34,474 bases of DNA from Candidatus Dojkabacteria bacterium. GTDB lineage: Bacteria > Patescibacteriota > Dojkabacteria > SC72. The DNA is taken from the NCBI GenBank assembly GCA_028704525.1, contig JAQWFF010000002.1, forward strand, positions 1 to 34,474, written 5' to 3'. The notes beneath the pieces were generated by a model. That model saw only the letters and a list, made by a program, of their open reading frames with translations, had not been told where the DNA came from and made no database searches. Below, in pieces: positions 9,577 through 18,003 of this stretch. Each line of letters opens with the position of its first letter. Position 1 is the first letter of the stretch. Position numbers and translations under genes: made by a program.

Positions 9577-9642
9577 AAATTTAAAGATTAGATATTGTAT
9601 TTCCGTGTCTCAATAACTTTGTTTTTGATGAAGATAATAAAT

Positions 9643-9726
9643 GGGTCTTGTTGCAACCTTTAAAGAATGGTTGGACATACACGTCTGGTACCTAAAATGA
9701 GACAAATAAGACAGTATAAAAAAGGG
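9643..9726 (-). repeat. Family-1 repeat, copy D
   Basis: GGGTCTTGTTGCAACCTTTAAAGAATGGTTGGACATACACGTCTGGTACCTAAAATGAGACAAATAAGACAGTATAAAAAAGGG. The first 25 nt match the 3' flank of tRNA-Asp (GGGTCTTGTCGCAACCTTGAAAGAATGG). Confidence 0.75.
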
Positions 9727-9798
9727 ATAGGTTTTCTTATTCGGGAATAAATATGCTAAAATTAAATTGTTTATTACTTAATATCAGAATGTGTCTGT

Positions 9799-10332
9799 AT
9801 GGAAGAATTAGTATTAGAATTTCCAACTTATGCAAGAGAAAAAGATGCTAAAGCATATATTAAGGAACTAAGGAGCTTTAATTCTCAATTTAATGGTTGT
9901 GATGATCTAGAAAAATTTGAAGATTATCGAGAATGGGTTGACAGGGTTGTCGATTGGAACAAGGGTGTAAACTTACCAGATGATTATGCACAAGCTATAA
10001 CTTATTTTGTAGTTAGAGTTAAAGATAATAAAATTATAGGTATGGTAAACATTAGATACGGAGTAACAGAAGAAAATATCAAAAGAGGTGTGGGACATAT
10101 TGGTAGTGGAGTTAGACCTACTGAAAGAAGAAAGGGATATGGAACCGAGATTTTGAGAATATGTTTAGAAGAATGCAAAAAATATAATTTGCCAGAAATT
10201 CATTTGAACGTTAAGAAAGAAAATGTCAGTGCCATTAGAACTATAGAGAAAAACAACGGGGAATTAAATAAAAAGATTGTAATGGATAATGGGGAGATAT
10301 TTCTTAATTATATAATAATAGCGGATAATTAG
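9799..10332 (+). CDS. GNAT-family N-acetyltransferase
   Basis: GHIGSGVRPTERRKGYGTEILR carries the acetyl-CoA motif A (R-x-x-G-x-G). 177 aa. Confidence 0.75.
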   Translation: MEELVLEFPTYAREKDAKAYIKELRSFNSQFNGCDDLEKFEDYREWVDRVVDWNKGVNLPDDYAQAITYFVVRVKDNKIIGMVNIRYGVTEENIKRGVGHIGSGVRPTERRKGYGTEILRICLEECKKYNLPEIHLNVKKENVSAIRTIEKNNGELNKKIVMDNGEIFLNYIIIADN

Positions 10333-10516
10333 AACTTCCAGGCCCAAATAATCCTATCTTTGTAGCCCTTTGTGATTTTTAGACGTACCAATTACAAGAG
10401 TTGAATGAATAAAGCTTTTGTTGTACAATGATTTTCTATAAGTTGTTATATCAAGTATTATTAAAAATAAATATAAAACAATAGGTATTATAACAACGTC
10501 AAGCCCAATTGACAGA

Positions 10517-11431
10517 TTGCCTGAAGAAAAGATAGAAAAAGCGTATTCCTATCTTCGAAGTAAGGGTTGGGGTATTAAAGAGGCTCCTATTTGTAGGGAA
10601 AGTGAAGGATATCTTTCTCTTGGAAATATAAAGGAAAGAATCAAAGGTCTACATGATTTTGTTGTTGATAAAGATGTTGATGTAATTATGTCTTTTTGGG
10701 GTGGTACGAATACGAACCAATTATTACCTTATGTTGACTATGATCTAATAAAGAAGAATCCTAAAATATATGTCGGTTATTCAGATACCTCTGCATTACT
10801 TCTAGCTATTACCAAGAAGACAAATCTTGTTACATACCATGGTCCAGCAGCAATCACATATTCCAAGCCTGATTTGATGGAATACTGTTATGAATATTTC
10901 GACAAGGCCATAAAGGGAGGCGAGTGGAGTATAGAAGAACCCCAAAAGTATGCAGATGATTTGTATTTTCTTCGAGAAAAAGATGCCGATAGAAGAATAT
11001 TTAAAAAGAATCAAGGGTTAAAGATTTTCAGAGATGGAAATTGTGACGGAGAAGTTGTGGCTTCTAACTTGCAAACGCTTTTGGTATTAGCAGGAACAGA
11101 ATATCTCCCTTCTTTAAAAAATAAGGTCTTGTTTGTTGAGGAAGCAGAGGATGAACAAACACCAATGATACATAGGTTCTTTACCCAACTGTCTTTGCTT
11201 CAGGATTTTAAAGATATTAAAGGCTTGGTCGTTGGTAAATTTATGGATTATTCTAAGGTTTCTCAAGATAATTTGGAGACTATTTTTAAGGAGATTTCAA
11301 CAAGATTTAGAGGGCCATTAATTTATAATGCTTCTTTTGGGCATACAGATCCAATTTTTACTATCCCTAACGGTGCTAGGGTTAAAATAAAGTTAAGTTC
11401 TGAGGTAAAGATTAAATTTCACTATGACTGA
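10517..11431 (+). CDS. S66 LD-carboxypeptidase family protein (LdcA/MccF-like)
   Basis: Nucleophile motif VGYSDTSALL and His motif ASFGHTDPIFTIPNG. The conserved N-terminal strand (TIGIITTSSPI) is encoded in frame upstream of the track start, so the true start is probably within 10442-10516. Confidence 0.8.
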   Translation: MPEEKIEKAYSYLRSKGWGIKEAPICRESEGYLSLGNIKERIKGLHDFVVDKDVDVIMSFWGGTNTNQLLPYVDYDLIKKNPKIYVGYSDTSALLLAITKKTNLVTYHGPAAITYSKPDLMEYCYEYFDKAIKGGEWSIEEPQKYADDLYFLREKDADRRIFKKNQGLKIFRDGNCDGEVVASNLQTLLVLAGTEYLPSLKNKVLFVEEAEDEQTPMIHRFFTQLSLLQDFKDIKGLVVGKFMDYSKVSQDNLETIFKEISTRFRGPLIYNASFGHTDPIFTIPNGARVKIKLSSEVKIKFHYD

Positions 11432-12569
11432 GCATTTAAAAGGGGAATGTTACGAAGATATCTCAACTAAAATTACAGATTTCTACAACTCAAAAGGGTT
11501 AGACTATCGTGAACCACTGAGTTTAATCCCTGGTGAAAATGACAAAAGTGTTACTTTTACGTCTGCGACTATTAATAATTTTAAAGGATATTTAAGAGAG
11601 GAGGAAGAAATACCAGTTAATGGTGTATATACTATTCAGAATTGTCTTAGAACACGGAATCTAGATTATAGGTATGGGTTTGAAGAAACTCCTAGATTTG
11701 GTAGTTATTTTAGGATGTTTGGACTTATAAGAAGGCCAAACTTTTTATTAAAAACATATGCAGATACTATTGAATTTATTGAATCAGAATTAGGGGTCCC
11801 TTCAGAATCAATAGTGGTTCATAAATCTAGTGAACATGATATGTTTAACGAATTAATGAAAAAAAATTCAAAACAACGTTGGTTTGAAGATAAAATTGAT
11901 TGGTATAATTGGGAGTATGGGGAAGAAGATATTCGGGGTGAGGGTATTAGTATTGAAATACCCAATAAGTCAAATCTAGCAGAGACACAAGTGATTGGAA
12001 ATATTGTTGTTATATATAAAAAGGATGAGCCTATTGCTGTTGAGTGGGGTTTTGGTCTAGAAACAACGATGAGTCGCTTAGAGGGTCTCCCACACCCAAT
12101 ATTTTCTTCTGTGATAGGTGAGAGATATCTATATAAGAATAATCATCATATTAATGAAAAAGATATCTTGTTTCTTGATTACACTAATATTCTTTATCAC
12201 CTAGAAGCAAATGATGTAAAGCAGGGGAGGGATAAGTATGTTGATAGAACTATTAAACAATTATTCCAAGGATTGTCAATGCAGATATTTTTAACACTTA
12301 GAAATATCTCAGACTTAGAAGATTTAATAGGAAGGAAAAAAGATGGTTTATTTGAAGAATTCGAGGGATACAATGACTCTTTTCAGGAACGAGTTTCTTT
12401 GTTTTTGAATTCATACAAACAAATAGTGTCGAACTATGCGGGGCGCAGAAGTGAAAAGAAAATAGAGGAGACAATTAATAAAAGTGCTCAAAAATATGGA
12501 TTTAACAAAGAACAAAAGGAAACTTTAATTAACTTTAGGAACTCTCTTAATGAAGAATCTCTCAGTTAG
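11424..12569 (+). CDS. Stand-alone alanyl-tRNA-synthetase catalytic-domain homolog
   Basis: It aligns by eye to the E. coli AlaRS N-terminus. [24 protein letters not shown] matches [33 protein letters not shown] matches TSQRCVRAGG. YFRMFG matches [15 protein letters not shown] matches VDTGMGLER. The ATG overlaps the upstream stop (ATGACTGA). Confidence 0.65.
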   Translation: [381 protein letters not shown]

Positions 12570-13368
12570 GGGTATCAAAGAATTGTCATATACCTCTTTT
12601 TTAGGACTTATTAACCAGTGGAATGTTCCACCAGGAGCCTATGAAACAATAAATAAATGGGTTACATTCTCTAATATGGACAAAAACTCTCATTTATTAG
12701 AGATTGCTACTACAACAGGCTTCTCCTTAAGAGAGGCAAGTATTCTGTCTGGTTGTTCTGGTGTGGGTATTGACATATCAGAAGACTCAATAAAAACAGC
12801 TAAATTAAATAAAGAAAGATATCAATCTAATTCAAAAATTGAATATATTGTACATGATGCTTATAAGTATGTGCCAAAGAAACCCTTCAGTCACGTAATA
12901 ATTGGAGCGGCTTTAAGATTCTTTGATGAGCCTGAGAAAGTAATTGAAAAATGTGTAAAAGACTTTTGGGAATCTGAGGGGTATTTATTATCTTGCGAAT
13001 TTTATATAGTAGAGGATATCCCCCAACCTCTTGTTGAGAAGGCATATGAGGTCTTTGGCATTCATATAACCCAGGTACCATATAAAGATGTAATGTCAGT
13101 CTACGAAGGTTTAGAATTGATATATGAGGATAGAAAGAAACCAATACCTGAAACCGAGAAGGAGTTGCAATACTATTGTAAATGCACGATTGATCGTTTT
13201 GTTCGAGAAAAAGGAATTAAAGATGAAGGAATCTATCGGGCATTATTTGATAGGTTGTATCTTATTAAAAAGACAAGCAATGATTTAAGAGAGTTTCAAA
13301 ATTATAATATTTTAGTGCATAGATATCGAAAGGATCTGTTTCCTAATAGATATGTAGAACTTTTTTAA
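12550..13368 (+). CDS. Class I SAM-dependent methyltransferase
   Basis: Motif I-like LLEIATTTGFSL and an acidic motif II (GVGIDISEDS). It overlaps the upstream gene by 20 nt. Confidence 0.6.
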   Translation: MKNLSVRGIKELSYTSFLGLINQWNVPPGAYETINKWVTFSNMDKNSHLLEIATTTGFSLREASILSGCSGVGIDISEDSIKTAKLNKERYQSNSKIEYIVHDAYKYVPKKPFSHVIIGAALRFFDEPEKVIEKCVKDFWESEGYLLSCEFYIVEDIPQPLVEKAYEVFGIHITQVPYKDVMSVYEGLELIYEDRKKPIPETEKELQYYCKCTIDRFVREKGIKDEGIYRALFDRLYLIKKTSNDLREFQNYNILVHRYRKDLFPNRYVELF

Positions 13369-13369
13369 G

Positions 13370-13885
13370 ATGATTTTAACTGGCCAAGAAATTAAAAAAA
13401 AAGTTAATGAAGGTTCAATAACCATAGAACCATTTTATATGGAGAGTCTCAATCCCAATAGTTATAATTATCATCTTTCGCCTAATCTTATTATAATAGA
13501 AAGGAGGATAGATTCAAAACAAAAAACAGAATACAAAAAAGTTACTATTCCAGAGAAAGGCTTAATTTTAGTGCCATCAAAATTGTATCTTGGGAGTACT
13601 AGTGAAATTATAGGTAGTATGAAATATGTAACTTCATTGATAGGGAGATCATCAATTGGTAGACTTGGACTTTTTATGCAAATTACTGCGGACCTTGGTC
13701 AATTAGGGCAAAGTCATAAGTGGACATTGGAGATGCATGTTGTAAAGAAGTTAAAAGTTTATCCTAATATGAAAATTGGACAAGTGAGTTTTTGGAAGAC
13801 GTTTGGGAAAAATGACTTTGATTATATTGATCAATATAACATGTCTAACGAACCTATTATAAGTAAAATATACAAAGAATTTTAA
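13370..13885 (+). CDS. dCTP deaminase (Dcd/dUTPase-fold) paralog 1, catalytic Glu present
   Basis: MILTGQEIKK N-terminus, GRSSIGRLGL, and WTLEMH aligning with E. coli IVLEFY (E138). It starts 1 nt after the upstream stop. Confidence 0.75.
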   Translation: MILTGQEIKKKVNEGSITIEPFYMESLNPNSYNYHLSPNLIIIERRIDSKQKTEYKKVTIPEKGLILVPSKLYLGSTSEIIGSMKYVTSLIGRSSIGRLGLFMQITADLGQLGQSHKWTLEMHVVKKLKVYPNMKIGQVSFWKTFGKNDFDYIDQYNMSNEPIISKIYKEF

Positions 13886-13887
13886 AT

Positions 13888-14409
13888 ATGATATTGACAG
13901 GGCATGAGATTAAAAAACAAGTTCGGAGAGGAAGAATAGTGATTGAACCTTTTAATGAAGCAAATATTCAACCCAATTCTTATGATTTCCATTTAAGCAA
14001 ATATATTAAATTTTACACTGATGAGATTCTAGATCCAAAGGTGAAAAATAAAGTCAAGGAGATAGTGATTCCCGAAGAAGGGTTATTGCTTAAGCCAGAT
14101 GAATTATATTTGGGGATGGTGGAAGAGACAATTGGGAGTGAATATTATGTTCCTATCTTACGTGGACGTTCTTCTACGGGTAGGTTAGGTTTATTTGTTC
14201 ATATAACAGCGGATCTTATAGATATTGGCTCAATCAACAATTGGACATTAATGTTGCATTCTGTTGTCCCTGTAAAAGTATATGCTGGTATGAAAATAGG
14301 GCAAGTTACTTTTTGGGTACCAGAGGGAAAGATTGAGTTGTATAATGGTAAATACCAAGGATCGTTAAAGCCTATGGAATCTCAAAGTTTTAAAGATTAT
14401 AAGGATTAA
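13888..14409 (+). CDS. dCTP deaminase-fold paralog 2, catalytic Glu replaced by Met
   Basis: MILTGHEIKK and GRSSTGRLGL are present. WTLMLH occupies the position of the catalytic-Glu motif. It starts 2 nt after paralog 1. Confidence 0.7.
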   Translation: MILTGHEIKKQVRRGRIVIEPFNEANIQPNSYDFHLSKYIKFYTDEILDPKVKNKVKEIVIPEEGLLLKPDELYLGMVEETIGSEYYVPILRGRSSTGRLGLFVHITADLIDIGSINNWTLMLHSVVPVKVYAGMKIGQVTFWVPEGKIELYNGKYQGSLKPMESQSFKDYKD

Positions 14410-14568
14410 TGATGCAGGGATAATGGATTTCCTAAATATTGAAATTGTTTTAATTCCAAAAGATTTTCCCCAACAAGAGATTGACAAAATAATATCTACA
14501 ATATCAATTAATCAATAAGAGGATAAAAAACAATATCGATATAACATATTGCTTCTAGTATTCTTTAA

Positions 14569-15372
14569 ATGTATATTAATACTATGAATAGTAACCCATT
14601 TCTGTCTAAAGAGATTAGCTTTAAAAGAATATTAAAGGGTTTTGCTATTACTCTTCCTTGTATGATAATGATATTTGTAATAGGTAATTACTCCTATAAC
14701 TTTATAGACAGTACTTTACGATCACATTACGTTGGAGAGAAAGTATTAGGAGTAGAAGATACAGAATCAAGAGTAATCGGTGTGGAAGAAATAAAAAAGC
14801 ATTTGAAATCTTTAATTCCTGAAAAATATGAATTAGTTGAATCTCCACCGGAAGGGTCAGATAGTGAAGACGACGGTTGTATTAACCTTTTTGGAATATA
14901 TCCCAAGACATATTCTGAAGCACAGAGAAAATATTTGTCAGAGGCTGGATTAATGTATTGTGAAGATATTTATAAGGCAGTATTCCGTTCTCAGATGGAA
15001 GATGCTAAGTATAGCCAAGAAAAGAATGCGTGGGCATGGATTGATATAGGTGATCCAGAGGGAAATGTAGGAGGCTATTATGAACAGACATTCTATGGTA
15101 ACAATCTGGTATCGATTGCAGATGCATGGGGAAGTCATTATGATGGTAATCTATATATAGTAAGAATAAAGAACAGTAAAGAGTTAGTAGTTTTGTCTAT
15201 TCCACTGAGTAACAGAATTAGATGTGAGACTTATGACGAAAATGGGGTAGAAACTATGAAAGAGGATTGTGTGAATTTCATGAATTCTATGGATATGACC
15301 ACAGATTGGGTACCACAAGAAATATATGACAATTATTATAATGATTTACTAGAGATGTTACGAGGAATTTAA
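14569..15372 (+). CDS. Membrane-anchored hypothetical protein
   Basis: A single N-terminal TM (GFAITLPCMIMIFVIGNY) followed by an acidic extracytoplasmic domain. An alternative start is ATG 14584. Confidence 0.5.
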   Translation: MYINTMNSNPFLSKEISFKRILKGFAITLPCMIMIFVIGNYSYNFIDSTLRSHYVGEKVLGVEDTESRVIGVEEIKKHLKSLIPEKYELVESPPEGSDSEDDGCINLFGIYPKTYSEAQRKYLSEAGLMYCEDIYKAVFRSQMEDAKYSQEKNAWAWIDIGDPEGNVGGYYEQTFYGNNLVSIADAWGSHYDGNLYIVRIKNSKELVVLSIPLSNRIRCETYDENGVETMKEDCVNFMNSMDMTTDWVPQEIYDNYYNDLLEMLRGI

Positions 15373-15420
15373 GCATTTATTTTTCACTCGTCAATTATTT
15401 CAGGTAGTTCTATATATAGG

Positions 15421-15670
15421 ATTTACTGTACCACATAAGGATTCTACCTTCGAACGGAGAGGTAATAAATTGAGTCTGTTTTTGAGGTTTTTCATCCACT
15501 AGGCCTTACTTTTGAGACTTTCACTTTTTAAGGTCAAAATAACTCAATCTCCATAAGGGTTTTAAAGCATAGTGCACGGGTCTTGTTGGAACAACTCAAT
15601 AATGGCGGGACATACACGTCTGGACCCTATGTAAAATGAGAATGAGACAAAAGAGATAAAATAAAAGGGA
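15421..15670 (-). repeat. Family-1 repeat, copy E (long form; decayed duplicate of the tRNA-Asp 3' flank plus a pseudo tRNA 3' end)
   Basis: About 250 nt collinear with 17695-17900. Shared blocks are TTACTGT, CTTCGAAC, GGTAATAAA, TTCATCCAC, ACTTTTTAAGG and TAGTGCACGGGTCTTGT. They are followed by TGGCGGGACATACACGTCTGGACCC, where the real locus has TGGCGGAATGGACGGGACTCGAACCC. Confidence 0.8.
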
Positions 15671-15678
15671 AGAACTCT

Positions 15679-16602
15679 CTATTTATCTATAGCATTTTCA
15701 TCATGAAAATACTGAAAGTAGAATAGAATGTGTAGAATATGATTAAAGGAATCGTCTTTACACCATAATTCAGAGATGTCTTCTTTTAAGATGTTGCCAA
15801 CGACCTTAGTCTTATTCTGATCAAATTTTTGAGAGACAAAGTTACCTGCTTCTTCAATAAGGGGACAAGCACTTTCGAAATATTTGTAATCAAGAATTTT
15901 TAGATCTAAATCATTTGCTTTTTTAAGTTCAGAGACTTTCTCTCTTAATCCCTTCTCCTGACTTTGTGACAAGCATATTTTATCTTTAATATATTCAGCC
16001 CTTCCTTGTGCAGAAACAACAATAAAATATAAACTACAAGCTCCAAGCTCTTTTGAAAAATTGTACATATATTCTATATACTGATAGTTCCTTTTTTGTA
16101 AAGTACAATTTATACGTACAGGTATTTTATTCTTATGTAGTAATTTAACGGTATTACAGGCTTGAATGAAGGAGTTAGGGTGTCTAAGAAGATTGTTTAT
16201 CTTTTCTGGTCCATCTATAGATACATTGACGAAGGTCTTAGATTCTTTTAAAGCTTTAATATTATCCTCGGTCATAATCGAACCGTTAGTCGTTACGACA
16301 GTTGCTAAATTACACTGATGTGCAAATAGGAGAATATCATTGAGATCTTTTCTTAAGAAAGGCTCTCCTCCTGTTATATCTACACGAATAACTCCAGCTG
16401 AGGATAGTTTTTTAAGAATTTTTTTAATATTAGAATGGGAGAGATCTATGTTTTTATTATTGCTTCCATTCGCAATACAGTGAGGGCAAGAGAAATTACA
16501 TCTATTTGTTATTCTTAAACAGGTTGATAAAGGAGAATGGAGTTTAAACTTTTGGAATTTGTCTAGATCTTTATTGTAATTAACATCTCCAGTAATTTTC
16601 AT
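15679..16602 (-). CDS. Radical SAM protein (single-gene module)
   Basis: CNFSCPHC (CX3CX2C) and ITGGEPFL. TGGTATAAT lies 6 nt upstream of the ATG (leaderless-type). Confidence 0.8.
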   Translation of the reverse strand: MKITGDVNYNKDLDKFQKFKLHSPLSTCLRITNRCNFSCPHCIANGSNNKNIDLSHSNIKKILKKLSSAGVIRVDITGGEPFLRKDLNDILLFAHQCNLATVVTTNGSIMTEDNIKALKESKTFVNVSIDGPEKINNLLRHPNSFIQACNTVKLLHKNKIPVRINCTLQKRNYQYIEYMYNFSKELGACSLYFIVVSAQGRAEYIKDKICLSQSQEKGLREKVSELKKANDLDLKILDYKYFESACPLIEEAGNFVSQKFDQNKTKVVGNILKEDISELWCKDDSFNHILHILFYFQYFHDENAIDK

Positions 16603-16640
16603 TTAAGGATTATACCAAATCTGAGGATATAGGAGGAGAA

Positions 16641-16770
16641 TGTTAAGGATGTAAAGGTATGATGCAACAAAGGGTTCTTTGGGTATCGTGGACGGGTCTA
16701 ATTGGAACAACTCAAGTTTGGCGGGACATATGGGTCTGGAACCTAAAATGGGACAGTATAAAAAGAGAAG
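16641..16770 (-). repeat. Family-1 repeat, copy F
   Basis: ...GTGGACGGGTCTAATTGGAACAACTCAAGTTTGGCGGGACATATGGGTCTGGAACCTAAAATGGGACAGTATAAAAAGAGAAG. Confidence 0.8.
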
Positions 16771-16803
16771 AAAGTGTCTTGTTTCTGATATAATCAAATA
16801 TAA

Positions 16804-17694
16804 ATGAAAATCTCTCATAAAGAAGCTAAAACCATTTTAACCCCAAGTAAATTACCTGGTGCAGACTATGTAGTTAATCCATACTCTGGCTGTGCCTTTG
16901 GATGTGTATACTGCTATGCTGATTTTACTAGAAAGTTTACAGGTCATATGGAGGACAAATGGGGAGAGTATGTAGATATAAAGATTAATACTCCAGAAAT
17001 ATTTGAAAAAGAATTAAGTAAACTTACAAAAAAAATAGTTAAGAAGAATGAGTTTAAAAAAGGAGATAAACCAGTAATATTCTTTGGTTCTGTTACTGAC
17101 CCATATCAGGGAGTAGAAGCTAAGTATGAGTTAACAAGAAAATGTTTAGAAATAATAGCCAAGAGTGATATTAGGAATGACATTAAAATCTCCTTACTTA
17201 CGAAGTCCCCCTTGGTGGCTAGAGATATTGTGATTTTTAAACAGATCCCCAATTTAGAAATTGGTATGACAATTACATCTATAGATGATGAAGTTAGTAA
17301 GATGTTTGAGAGTTGTGCTCCTAGTAGCTCTCTGAGAATTAAGGCATTAAATGAGTTGAACAAAGAGGGTATTAATACCTATGCCTTTGTTGGTCCTCTT
17401 CTTCCTCATTTTGTAGCTAATGAGAAATCTTTGAATATACTGTTTATGAAGATTAAAGAATCTGGTACGAACAAGGTATGGGTGGAGCATATTAATTTAA
17501 AGGGAAAGAAGATGGGTAGATTAATAGAGCTTGTCGGGGAGAACTTGAGTAAAGAAGAATATGAATTGTTTGTAAATTCCCAAACGGACGAGTATAAGAA
17601 TAGGTTAAATGAAATAATAATGAAAATTATTAAGAAATATGATTTAGAATTGGTTGGAGGGAAGGTAATAGATCATATTAAGTTGGAGAAATAA
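16804..17694 (+). CDS. Radical SAM protein, SplB/COG1533-like (DNA-repair-photolyase-type)
   Basis: NPYSGCAFGCVYCYA, a CX3CX2C in the characteristic COG1533 context. 296 aa. Confidence 0.7.
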   Translation: MKISHKEAKTILTPSKLPGADYVVNPYSGCAFGCVYCYADFTRKFTGHMEDKWGEYVDIKINTPEIFEKELSKLTKKIVKKNEFKKGDKPVIFFGSVTDPYQGVEAKYELTRKCLEIIAKSDIRNDIKISLLTKSPLVARDIVIFKQIPNLEIGMTITSIDDEVSKMFESCAPSSSLRIKALNELNKEGINTYAFVGPLLPHFVANEKSLNILFMKIKESGTNKVWVEHINLKGKKMGRLIELVGENLSKEEYELFVNSQTDEYKNRLNEIIMKIIKKYDLELVGGKVIDHIKLEK

Positions 17695-17873
17695 TTACTG
17701 TCTCCTACCAACATTTTATCTTCGAACCGTGGGGTAATAAAAAGAGGTTTAAAAACGACTAATTTCATCCACCAGGATGTGAAATTGAGAATTAACTTTT
17801 TAAGGGGAAAAGAATGAAGCAACCAAGGGATTCCTAGCTATAGTGCACGGGTCTTGTCGCAACCTTGAAAGAA
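17695..17873 (-). repeat. Family-1 reference copy G: the 3' flank of the intact tRNA-Asp
   Basis: Collinear with copy E. It ends at the CCA end of the tRNA. Confidence 0.75.
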
Positions 17874-17950
17874 TGGCGGAATGGACGGGACTCGAACCCG
17901 CAACCTTCTCAGTGACAGTGAGATGCTCTAACCAATTGAGCTACCACTCC
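17874..17950 (-). tRNA. tRNA-Asp (anticodon GTC), CCA encoded
   Basis: Minus-strand read: GGAGTGG TA GCTC AATTGGTTA GAGC A TCTCA CTGTCAC TGAGA AGGTT GCGGG TTCGAGT CCCGT CCATTCC G CCA. All four stems pair, and the discriminator is G73. Confidence 0.95.
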
Positions 17951-18003
17951 ATACTAGAAAAGAGTATATCAAACTATATGGAATATGTTAATATATTTGT
18001 ATT

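Noticed and set aside
14424-14519. 31-codon ORF (MDFLNIEIVLIPKDFPQQEIDKIISTISINQ) in the spacer after the Dcd paralogs
   Set aside because: It has no ribosome-binding site or promoter context and no motif. It overlaps a TTGACA-like box and is probably non-coding.
15679-16602. Prokaryotic viperin (pVip) identity for the radical SAM modules
   Set aside because: The CX3CX2C context (RCNFSCPHC; NCFGNCNGC) is generic. No adjacent nucleotide kinase or viperin-specific C-terminal motifs were recognisable, so the genes are left as generic radical SAM proteins.
16603-16818. 71-aa minus-strand ORF
   Set aside because: It lies entirely within family-1 repeat copy F and the promoter region of the 16804 gene. 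It has no start context.
4531-17873. Family-1 repeats as functional tRNA genes or tRNA halves
   Set aside because: Only the CCA/acceptor/T-loop spacing is retained. The T-stems do not pair (for example TTAGG with CCCAT), there are no D or anticodon arms, and the sequence continues into promoter-like AT-rich DNA.
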